NCBI GenBank assembly: GCA_964531785.1 | Contig: CAZHFF010000002.1 | Coordinates: 157,851 to 221,850 of the forward strand | Direction of reading: 5' to 3' | DNA from: an uncultured Candidatus Saccharibacteria bacterium | Lineage (GTDB): Bacteria; Patescibacteriota; Minisyncoccia; Phycocordibacterales; UBA12088 | DNA length: 64,000 nucleotides | Shown: piece by piece, positions 7,962-15,318 of the stretch | How positions within the stretch are numbered: the first letter of the stretch is position 1 | How the letters are laid out: each line of letters begins with the position of its first letter | Notes under the pieces: generated by a model | Seen by the model: the letters and a program-made list of their open reading frames with translations, nothing else | What the model was told of the DNA's origin: nothing | Databases searched by the model: none | Program-made: the position numbers and the translations under genes

Positions 7962-9383
7962 ATGCGATATCTCATGCGGGAACAGGTCAGTATCGGTGTA
8001 GCGCTGCTCACCGTCATGATCGCCACGCTCATAGGCGGCGGCACCGGGGCTTTCTTCGTGCGTGATACCGTGTGGAGCTACACGCTTGCCGTGGCGCCGG
8101 GTGCTCATGGTAAGAGCGAACTTCAGTATGGCGCCTGGCCCGAGCTTGCGAACAGCAGTTTCTTTGAGAACGTGAAGCACCAGTTCCTTGCGGATGCGGT
8201 AAGTTTCGTCGAAGCGAACCTGAGCACGATGCAGATGCGGGTCTATCGCAAGGGTGAACTTGCCGTCGAGGTGCCTATCAAGAGCAAGGGCAAGGAGGGA
8301 AGCTGGTGGGAAACACCGGCAGGCCTCTACCGGGCCGAGGGGAAATCACGCAACCACTTCTCGTCATTCGGGCAGGTGAACATGCCGTACTCGATACCGT
8401 TCCAGGGCAACTTTTTCATACACGGCTGGCCAACCTACGAGGACGGCTCACCGGTCTCGTCGACGTACTCAGGTGGCTGTATTCGACTCGCGGATGAGCA
8501 TGCAAAGCTCGTGTACGACCTTGTTGAGGTAGGCATGCCGATACTCGTGTTCAAAGAGCAGAAGCCCGAGACCTTCTCGTACATGCTCCGTGTTCCGAAC
8601 ATATCCGCGCAGAGCTACCTGGTCGCCGACCTAGACACCAATTTCGTGCTGCTCATCGGCGATGCGCTCGAACCACGCGAAACGAGCGTCGCGGCCAAGT
8701 ACATGACCGCGATGGTCGCGAGCGAATGGCAGAACATCGAGAAAGAAGCGCGTACGAGCGATGTGCCAGACCCGTTAGGCCTTCTCGCTCCGAACACGCG
8801 GTACTCGCTCTACGAGCTGTTCTTTCCGCTTCTCCTTCAGGACTCGGACCATGCTGCCCGTACGCTTGCGGCACACTTCGGTACTGACCGTTTCCTGACG
8901 TTGCTCGAGAAGAAGGCGCGAGCTATCGGCATGACCTCATCCCGTTTTGCGGACCCAGCAGGAGTACTCGGGTACAATACATCTACTGCTGAGGATCTAT
9001 TTCATCTCCTCAAGTACCTGCGGACCAACCGGCCGTTCGTGCTCAATATGAGCGCGGGGACCGTGGACACCCGTACCTATGGAGAGCCGAGGTTCGGGGT
9101 GCTTGCGCCGAAGCATCCCTTCGCAGAAGACGCTACGTTTCAGGGCGGTGCGTATTCGTTCAACCTCGAGGGCGTGACACGGAACACCGGTTCAACAGCT
9201 GCTGTGCCACTTGCTTTCGCCGAGCCTACGGTGCGTAAGCGGGGCCACCATGATCTGGTGACGGTGTTCCAGCAACCTTTTGAAAAAGGCCACCGAGCGC
9301 TCGCGTTCATCGTCCTCGATTCGGAAGATCCGGTCGCGGATACGCGAGCACTCCGGTCGTTCGTCGCACAGATGTACCAGTGA
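7962..9383 (+). CDS. membrane-anchored L,D-transpeptidase (YkuD domain) fused to a degenerate D-Ala-D-Ala carboxypeptidase (S11/PBP5)-like domain
   Basis: YkuD motif FFIHGWP...SSTYSGGCIRLADEHA. The C-terminal half aligns by eye to S11 peptidases but shows SVAAK, SDH and QGG where SxxK, SxN and KTG are expected. Start ATG 7962 follows AGAGG. Confidence 0.7.
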   Translation: MRYLMREQVSIGVALLTVMIATLIGGGTGAFFVRDTVWSYTLAVAPGAHGKSELQYGAWPELANSSFFENVKHQFLADAVSFVEANLSTMQMRVYRKGELAVEVPIKSKGKEGSWWETPAGLYRAEGKSRNHFSSFGQVNMPYSIPFQGNFFIHGWPTYEDGSPVSSTYSGGCIRLADEHAKLVYDLVEVGMPILVFKEQKPETFSYMLRVPNISAQSYLVADLDTNFVLLIGDALEPRETSVAAKYMTAMVASEWQNIEKEARTSDVPDPLGLLAPNTRYSLYELFFPLLLQDSDHAARTLAAHFGTDRFLTLLEKKARAIGMTSSRFADPAGVLGYNTSTAEDLFHLLKYLRTNRPFVLNMSAGTVDTRTYGEPRFGVLAPKHPFAEDATFQGGAYSFNLEGVTRNTGSTAAVPLAFAEPTVRKRGHHDLVTVFQQPFEKGHRALAFIVLDSEDPVADTRALRSFVAQMYQ

Positions 9384-9399
9384 GCTCTTTGTATGGGTA

Positions 9400-9726
9400 T
9401 TACTCAACGTCGGTCGTCGTGGCGGTAGCTTCTTCGGTGAGCTCGGTCGTGCTCGATGCGTCCTCAAGGATCGGCAGTTCCCGGACGATGGATCCGGGCG
9501 GGCGTACGCCCGCGCCCGGTACGGCATCAGGTGCTATTTGATTGCTCGAACGCACGATTTCCTCCATACGTGCCCGTTCTTCAGCGGTCGGGGGTCGAGA
9601 AGGTAGGCTTCCACGAAGCCATCCCTGCCGGTCAGCGTAAAAGTAGAGCCCATAACCAACGAGTCCGAGCAGAAGTACGGATACCATGAGCACGGTCGTT
9701 CGGGGAACCTGGCGTCGGTTCGACAT
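9400..9726 (-). CDS. small single-pass membrane protein, hypothetical
   Basis: MSNRRQVPRTTVLMVSVLLLGLVGYGLYFY... followed by a low-complexity acidic/Thr tail. Minus-strand TATACT (9735-9740) lies 8 nt upstream of the ATG. Confidence 0.6.
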   Translation of the reverse strand: MSNRRQVPRTTVLMVSVLLLGLVGYGLYFYADRQGWLRGSLPSRPPTAEERARMEEIVRSSNQIAPDAVPGAGVRPPGSIVRELPILEDASSTTELTEEATATTTDVE

Positions 9727-9787
9727 ACACGCTCAGTATAGCGTACTTCCTGCGGTCGTGCAGCCGCTTTCGCAGCATGGAGTAGTT

Positions 9788-9820
9788 GTTCATGTTGCGT
9801 TCATGTGTCACTGGTATCCT
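9788..9820 (+). promoter_or_regulatory. tandem GTTCATG boxes (11-bp period) plus -10-like TATCCT; candidate response-regulator-dependent promoter
   Basis: gttcatgt at 9788-9795 and 9799-9806, then 9 nt (counted from the GTTCATG 7-mer ending at 9805), then tatcct at 9815-9820 (context TGGTATCCT). Confidence 0.45.
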
Positions 9821-9826
9821 CTTCTA

Positions 9827-10045
9827 CAGAGTGATCGGGCAATGAGGAGGGTTGCCCCATAGGAAGGAAGAGGTATCTCGTCCTGAAGCGGAGCCGTTAG
9901 CGCTTATGCATCGAAGTGTTACTACTAGTGCACCATAGTATGACCATACCCAGTGATCGTCCATCGGACGACCAGGATCTCGTAGATCGCAAGTGAGCCG
10001 GGGGCCGGGCGTAACGACAACTTACGTGCGGCCCCCGGCGCTTTA
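9827..10045 (+). ncRNA. candidate ~215-nt non-coding transcript (promoter at 9788-9820, ends at an 11-bp GC hairpin)
   Basis: No plausible ORF in the 364-bp divergent intergenic region. Internal hairpins GGGCAA/TTGCCC and TCGTCC/GGACGA. Terminal hairpin gccgggggccg...cggcccccggc (9997-10039) lies where neither flanking gene needs a terminator. Confidence 0.25.
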
Positions 10046-10051
10046 CCGGAC

Positions 10052-10084
10052 CTTCATGCAATCTTCATGATTTTGCGCTAGCAT
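10052..10084 (+). promoter_or_regulatory. tandem CTTCATG boxes (11-bp period) plus -10 TAGCAT; promoter of the RR/HK operon, probable autoregulation site
   Basis: cttcatg at 10052-10058 and 10063-10069, 9 nt, tagcat at 10079-10084, 6 nt, ATG 10091. Confidence 0.5.
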
Positions 10085-10090
10085 AGCAGT

Positions 10091-10771
10091 ATGAGATTGC
10101 TCATCGTTGAAGACGAAGAACGTTTGGCCGAGCTTCTGAAGCGAGGGTTTGAAAAACAGGGTTACGCGGTCGACTGTCTCTATGATGGGGACGAGGCGAA
10201 AAAGCGGATACTCATGTACCGCAACGAGTATGATGCGGTCATTCTCGACCTGATGCTCCCGAACCTGGACGACCTCACGGTTTGCCAGGATGTGCGGAGT
10301 GCTGGGGTGACGATGCCGATCCTGGTGCTCTCCGCACGTGACGAAACAGAGAGCAAGGTGAACCTGCTGCAGAGCGGTGCGGACGATTACGTGCAGAAGC
10401 CGTTCTCGTTTGCGGAACTTGAGGCACGTATCGCCGCGCTATTACGGCGGCCGCAGGAGTCGCTGGTTCTAGAACTGACCTCGCCGGATGGCAGTATCGC
10501 TTTGAACAAACGATCACACACGGTCGCGGTGAGCGGCACCGAGGTTCCGCTCACGTTAAAAGAGTTCATGTTGCTCGAGTATTTCTTGCGCAATCCTAAC
10601 GCAGTGATCGCGCGCGATGAGCTCCTTGAGCACGCGTGGGATTTCAACTATCCCGCTTTTAGCAACACTGTGGATGTCCATGTTAAGAATCTTAGAAAGA
10701 AGTTGGAGAGTACCGCCACCGAGGCGCGTATTGAAACGGTGCGTGGCGTCGGTTACCGATTTGTGGGCTAA
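10091..10771 (+). CDS. OmpR/PhoB-family response regulator (receiver plus winged-helix DNA-binding domain)
   Basis: MRLLIVEDEERLAELL...DAVILDLMLPNLDD...; C-terminus LTLKEFMLLEYFLRNPN...VDVHVKNLRKKL...VRGVGYRF. Confidence 0.9.
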   Translation: MRLLIVEDEERLAELLKRGFEKQGYAVDCLYDGDEAKKRILMYRNEYDAVILDLMLPNLDDLTVCQDVRSAGVTMPILVLSARDETESKVNLLQSGADDYVQKPFSFAELEARIAALLRRPQESLVLELTSPDGSIALNKRSHTVAVSGTEVPLTLKEFMLLEYFLRNPNAVIARDELLEHAWDFNYPAFSNTVDVHVKNLRKKLESTATEARIETVRGVGYRFVG

Positions 10772-11822
10772 GTATCGCTACGATGTCTATACGCGGACTC
10801 GGTGGAACGTGGTCCTGCTCCAAGTGGTGTACGTCGTGGTCATTTTGGGGCTCTTTTGGTTCACTCTGACCCAGGCACATCGTCAGCTGGTCGAGACCAT
10901 GCTCACCAGCATAGCGCAAGTGCTTGCGCGCCCTGAGCAGAATTTGGCTGAACAAATACCGCTGCTCATACGGCAGACAAAAATAGAGAGCCTTGCAGTG
11001 CTCTTCTTCCTGCTCACCTTCGCTGCAACCGCGTTCGGACTCGTGGTGGCGCATATTACCCTCCAGCCGGCTCGGCGCACGCTCGAGCTGCAGAAGAAGT
11101 TTATTGCAAATGTTGCTCACGAGCTACGTACTCCGCTCGCGGTACTCCGTACGAACAATGAGGTCGCTCTGCTTACCGAAGATCCGCCACCCAACCTCGA
11201 ACGCGTCCTGGCGCACAATCTCGAGGAAGTGGAACGCATCACGACCATGCTGAACACACTTCTTTCGTTTAATGAGCTCTACCAGCCCGGACGTCTGAAC
11301 TTTGCCCCGGTTGCGCTGACGCAGGTCCTTGAGCGCGTGCTCGAGTCGCTCGATACCTTTGCACGCGAACGTGGTATCGAGCTTGTGTACAAGCCGTCGC
11401 CGGTTCCAGACGTCGACGGCAATGAGGCAGCGCTCGTGCAGCTATCCGCCAGTCTCATCAAGAATGCGCTCATGTTCTCTCCGCGGAACGCCGGTCGTGT
11501 TGTGCGGGTTGAGGTGGTCGATCGCGGTGATGGGGTCGAGGTCACTGTTGAGGATCAGGGTGTTGGCATGGACGACGAGGAACTGCTCCGCGTCCGTGAA
11601 CCGTTCTATCGTGTTGATAAATCTCGGGCTCGCGCCAGCGGCTCGGTAGGCTTAGGGCTCACCATGGTATCTGAGATCGTACGTATTCATCGTGGCACGC
11701 TGCTCATACGGAGTGCGCTCGGTAAGGGCACCACGGTGACCGTGAGGCTCCCGTCTGCGCGTCATCTGAAGCTGCAAGGGGGATCGTCACCAGCGGAACG
11801 AGCCACTCTGCGCTTTGTATAG
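10743..11822 (+). CDS. sensor histidine kinase (2 TM, HisKA, HATPase_c)
   Basis: H-box FIANVAHELRTPLAVL; G-boxes DQGVGMD and GSVGLGLTMV. Start is uncertain: GTG 10743 or TTG 10761 would overlap the RR stop. ATG 10617 would overlap the RR by 155 nt, so I disfavour it. Confidence 0.8.
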   Translation: MASVTDLWAKYRYDVYTRTRWNVVLLQVVYVVVILGLFWFTLTQAHRQLVETMLTSIAQVLARPEQNLAEQIPLLIRQTKIESLAVLFFLLTFAATAFGLVVAHITLQPARRTLELQKKFIANVAHELRTPLAVLRTNNEVALLTEDPPPNLERVLAHNLEEVERITTMLNTLLSFNELYQPGRLNFAPVALTQVLERVLESLDTFARERGIELVYKPSPVPDVDGNEAALVQLSASLIKNALMFSPRNAGRVVRVEVVDRGDGVEVTVEDQGVGMDDEELLRVREPFYRVDKSRARASGSVGLGLTMVSEIVRIHRGTLLIRSALGKGTTVTVRLPSARHLKLQGGSSPAERATLRFV

Positions 11823-13898
11823 CTACACGTGCTGTAGGTTCGCGCGAACACCAAGGAGTACCTGCTCGATATCAGTAACACTTGCCGGCTTGGTGAGATG
11901 GTGATGGAATCCAGCTTGCAGCGCACGCTCTTTGTCGGAGCTCTGCCCATAGCCGGAAACCGCGATGATCTTCGCGTTCACCTTTTGGTCATTGAGCGCT
12001 CGGGCCACGGCATAGCCGTCCATATCGGGCAGGCCAATGTCAAGCAGTACGACGTGCGGTCGGTAGGTGCGGGCTTGCTCTATCGCCTCCGTGCCGGTAT
12101 GGACCATGCGCGTTGCATATCCCAAGTGTTCGAGCAGCTTCGCCATGCTCACTGCAGCTGCCTCGTTATCATCGACCACAAGGATCCGGCAGTCCCGCTC
12201 CGGTGCCGCGGGAACGGCAGGCATTACCGGGATCTCGGGAAGTGGAGCCTGTACCGTGACTACTTTCGGCAGGAACACGGTGAACGTGCTGCCGAGCCCG
12301 AGTCCTTCGCTCGTTGCTTCGACAGTGCCGCCGTGCATGCCAACGAGCCGTTTGGTGAGCCAGAGTCCGATGCCAAGACCAGTGCCAGCACGTGAGTCCG
12401 CTCCGCCCTGGTGGAACGGTCGAAAGATCGCCTGGAGCTTATCGGCCGGTATACCCTTGCCGTTGTCTTGGACCACGAGGGTCACATCGCCGTTCTCGAG
12501 CGATGCCGCGAGTCGTATGGTGCCGGGTGCCTGGGTGTATTTTACTGCATTAAAGAGCAGGTTGACGAGCACTTGTTCAAGCCGGACCGCATCCACCTCG
12601 AGCCACACATCGGAACCGGGTTGTTCGATGATGAGCCGGTGTCCGGCTGCCTCCAAACTCGGCAGCACCGAGTCCACGGCATGCTTAAGTATGGACTGGA
12701 GCTTGGATCGACCGGTCTTCAACTTGAACTTGTTCCGCGTGATCCGTACAACGTCGAGCAGGTCGTCCAATAGGCGGCGCATCGTTCGCGTTTGCTGTTC
12801 AGCTTGGGTGAGGAGCTCGGTGAGCTCGGGGTCGGTCGTTCGGAGTTTGACCAGTTCGAGCGTGGTGACGAGTGGTGCGAGCGGGTTCCGAAGCTCATGG
12901 GCCAAGATGGCGATGAACGCGTTCTTTGAGTCATTGTCTCGGGCAAGTTGTGCGAGCGATTGTTCAAGCTCAACAGTACGCTTATTGAGCGCCTCAGCGA
13001 CCGTTTTACGCTCTTCGACCAGTGCTGCCATAAGATAGAAGATCGGCGCGATAAGGATCATGAAGAGCTCGGTGGCGAGCAGCTGCGCGCTCAAGCGATC
13101 GGTGTCGAGGTGTTGAAATACTATGCCTACGATACCAAGTACGAACACGGTTACGATCGCATAGACCGTAGCGCGCGCACCTATCCGTAGTCCGATCCAG
13201 AAAAGGACACCGAAAAAGAGATACAGTACCGCGAATACGCTCGACTGTGGTATGGCGGTCCAGAACAAGAGATAGGTCACCAGGAGGAGTGCCGTGCTGA
13301 CGAGCAGGAGTTCAGTCAGCTCGTGCTTGGCGTGGGGTCGGACACCACTTTTCACGAGGCTCGTGATGAGCGGTGTGAGTATCAGCACACTGACGATACC
13401 GCCAGCGCTGAGGCTGATCCAGAGTGCAAGCGGCGTCTCCATGAGTACGCCTGTTGACATTCGGGTGAGGACGGACACGGTCGGCGTGATGAGGGGTGTC
13501 GTGATCGCTACGAAAATGAGCAGCATTGCATCGCGCGTGCTCGCCATTGTTCCTACGAAATTGAAACGCTCTAGTATATAACCACCCAACAGTGCTTGTG
13601 TCGTATAGGCGATACTCACCATGAGATATACGATCGGCGGTAGTCCCGCGCCGCTCATAAAGGTCAACACAAGGAATGCAAGCAGTAGGACCGGCCAGAC
13701 ACCGTAGCCAAGCAGGAACGCTGCCGCGAGTGCGATGCCGGTCGGTGGCCAGATGAACGCGGGGTTCACGTCCAGGCTGAAGTACAGAAAATACCCCAGC
13801 TTACCGCTCACTAGCAGTGCGAGGAAAACCAGGATATAGACGCTGTAGCGCTCGCTCGAGGCGGTCATAGGGAACTGGCGGAAGAGCGATATGAGCAT
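11823..13898 (-). CDS. hybrid sensor histidine kinase: polytopic MASE1-like membrane domain, HisKA, HATPase_c, C-terminal receiver
   Basis: FIWPPTGIALAAAFLLGYG..., H-box FIAILAHELRNPLAPL, DNGKGIP and GTGLGIGLWL, receiver RILVVDDNEAAA...VLLDIGLPDMDGY. Its stop abuts the convergent HK stop (11822/11823). Confidence 0.85.
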   Translation of the reverse strand: MLISLFRQFPMTASSERYSVYILVFLALLVSGKLGYFLYFSLDVNPAFIWPPTGIALAAAFLLGYGVWPVLLLAFLVLTFMSGAGLPPIVYLMVSIAYTTQALLGGYILERFNFVGTMASTRDAMLLIFVAITTPLITPTVSVLTRMSTGVLMETPLALWISLSAGGIVSVLILTPLITSLVKSGVRPHAKHELTELLLVSTALLLVTYLLFWTAIPQSSVFAVLYLFFGVLFWIGLRIGARATVYAIVTVFVLGIVGIVFQHLDTDRLSAQLLATELFMILIAPIFYLMAALVEERKTVAEALNKRTVELEQSLAQLARDNDSKNAFIAILAHELRNPLAPLVTTLELVKLRTTDPELTELLTQAEQQTRTMRRLLDDLLDVVRITRNKFKLKTGRSKLQSILKHAVDSVLPSLEAAGHRLIIEQPGSDVWLEVDAVRLEQVLVNLLFNAVKYTQAPGTIRLAASLENGDVTLVVQDNGKGIPADKLQAIFRPFHQGGADSRAGTGLGIGLWLTKRLVGMHGGTVEATSEGLGLGSTFTVFLPKVVTVQAPLPEIPVMPAVPAAPERDCRILVVDDNEAAAVSMAKLLEHLGYATRMVHTGTEAIEQARTYRPHVVLLDIGLPDMDGYAVARALNDQKVNAKIIAVSGYGQSSDKERALQAGFHHHLTKPASVTDIEQVLLGVRANLQHV

Positions 13899-13984
13899 AG
13901 CGCTGGTGTCGTATCGTGCCCAACAGGTGCCCGTGTTGGCTAACGGATCCGATCATCATAAGCACAGTGAAACCGTGTGCAATC

Positions 13985-14018
13985 CAGTATATCCGAAAAG
14001 TATGAAGACCTCATGAAG
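13985..14018 (-). promoter_or_regulatory. tandem CTTCATG/CTTCATA boxes (11-bp period) plus TATACT; promoter of the hybrid kinase gene
   Basis: Minus strand reads CTTCATGaggtCTTCATActtttcggaTATACT (plus coordinates 14018-14012, 14007-14001, 13990-13985). Same architecture as 9788 and 10052. Confidence 0.45.
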
Positions 14019-14220
14019 AACGACATACATACGCACGGAACGGCGTGGCCGAACGACAGCGGCGCCGTATGGAGCTGGGCCCTTGCCATCGAGCGGTTCG
14101 ACTGCACGGCAAAAAAAGCGTACACAGCTTCAGGTCGGAAGCCTCGATCGGACGTTGGATCCGATCCGAAGGCTCGGCCGGAGCTTTCTGCCCCTCTTTT
14201 TACTCACTCGCTCTGCTCGT

Positions 14221-14244
14221 TGCGGAGGGTGTGGGATTCGAAGC
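14221..14244 (-). repeat. partial duplicate (22/24 nt) of the tRNA-Ser 3' end (T-loop, T-stem 3' strand, acceptor 3' strand, 3 trailer nt)
   Basis: Plus-strand tgcggagggtGtgggattcgaaGc versus tgcggagggtAtgggattcgaaCc at 14379-14402. There is no complementary 5' T-stem, so it is not a tRNA. Confidence 0.85.
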
Positions 14245-14380
14245 TTACAGCTTCAGTACCCTTTGCTGCTCTTTTGGTTCGCTTCGCTCCCAAAACAGCG
14301 TGCAAAGGCTTCGAATCCGTGTCACGCGTTTCTGCGAAACGCTACACATACCCTCTACAGCTCTCATGATGTTCGATCTG

Positions 14381-14467
14381 CGGAGGGTATGGGATTCGAA
14401 CCCATGAGGGGTTTTACCCCCTACCTCGTTAGCAGTGAGGCGCTTTCGACCACTCAGCCAACCCTCC
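14381..14467 (-). tRNA. tRNA-Ser, anticodon GCU (class II, long variable arm; CCA not encoded)
   Basis: Minus strand GGAGGGT-TG-GCT-GAGTGGTCGAA-AGC-G-CCTCA-CTGCTAA-CGAGG-TAGGGGGTAAAACCCCTCAT-GGG-TTCGAAT-CCC... ACCCTCC-G. Acceptor 7 bp; variable stem AGGGG/CCCCT. Confidence 0.9.
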
Positions 14468-14563
14468 GGTACGCCCTTCGCTTGGTCCGTATGGCTACGG
14501 ATGGCCAGCAACATGCGTGTGGCTATCGTACCTTACCCAGCGTTCAGTTTCAATGTGGGGCGT

Positions 14564-15244
14564 TTAGGAGGTGGCGTGCGCGGCGCTTACAAGAAGTACG
14601 TCACGTGCACCGGCAAGCATGAGCGCTTCTCGGGCTGCGTGGAGTGTTGCTCCGGTCGTCACGACGTCATCGATGAGGAGTATGTGTTTTCCCTCCGCTT
14701 TATGACGCTCCGCTACAACGAACGCGCCCCGCACGTTCGCGCTGCGTTTGAGGCGGGAAGTTTGGTGTGCCTGGGGTGCGGTCCGACGGACCCGTGAGAG
14801 TATGTCAGGAGCCAAGGTGAGTCCCGTGTCAGCAAGGTATCGGATCATCGCTACCGCGATACGTTCCGCCTGATTGAAGCCACGCTCCTGTTCGCGGCTC
14901 CGGTGGAGTGGCATGGGGACCACGAGGGTCTCGTGGAAGGCTCCAAACATCCGTCGTTCTGCCAGTTCCTCAGCAAGGTGGGGTGCCAGGACTGCGCCGA
15001 GTAGCAGAGCAGCCCGTTCATGGCCATAATATTTGGCCGCATGAACCACGCTGCGAACCAGATCGTGCTCGAAGGGCAGCGGGGCGATGACCGGCAGCGT
15101 TCGCTCGACGATCGGGGTGACACAGGTCCTTGCCAGTACGTCGACGCTCAAGCTATCGAAACGTCTGAGCCCTCGGTCGCGCGGGAACACTACGTCGAGG
15201 AGGACGCGCGAGAAGCTGTGTCTGGGTCGTGTGAGATTGTCCAT
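14564..15244 (-). CDS. comFC: ComF family protein (ComFC-type phosphoribosyltransferase)
   Basis: C-terminal PRTase motif KHILLIDDVVTTGATL; RGFNQAE motif. Divergent from pilM. Confidence 0.75.
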   Translation of the reverse strand: MDNLTRPRHSFSRVLLDVVFPRDRGLRRFDSLSVDVLARTCVTPIVERTLPVIAPLPFEHDLVRSVVHAAKYYGHERAALLLGAVLAPHLAEELAERRMFGAFHETLVVPMPLHRSREQERGFNQAERIAVAMIRYLADTGLTLAPDILSRVRRTAPQAHQTSRLKRSANVRGAFVVAERHKAEGKHILLIDDVVTTGATLHAAREALMLAGARDVLLVSAAHATS

Positions 15245-15318
15245 AGGTCTGTCGTTTCTTTAGTTGCACACTAGCGGTATACTATAGCGAGCGGAAAAAT
15301 GCAACAGTAATCACCTCT

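Noticed and set aside
10617-10742. ATG 10617 as the start of the sensor kinase
   Set aside because: It would overlap the response-regulator gene by 155 nt, and the extra residues are Arg/Ser-rich junk. GTG 10743 or TTG 10761 near the RR stop is more plausible, though unresolved.
13899-14380. Possible tmRNA, SRP RNA or RNase P RNA in the 480-bp non-coding stretch
   Set aside because: The tRNA-like 3' end mimics tRNA-Ser, not tRNA-Ala. The distance between the acceptor-like strands is only ~133 nt. I found no tag ORF, no GGAA/AGCA SRP domain-IV motif and no GAGGAAAGUCC P4 motif.
13977-14622. Overlapping + strand ORFs (13977-14369, 14045-14407, 14083-14622) in the kinase/comFC intergenic region
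   Set aside because: They run through the tRNA-Ser gene and its echo repeat; the repeated RRVWDS peptide is just the repeated tRNA 3' end. They look non-coding.
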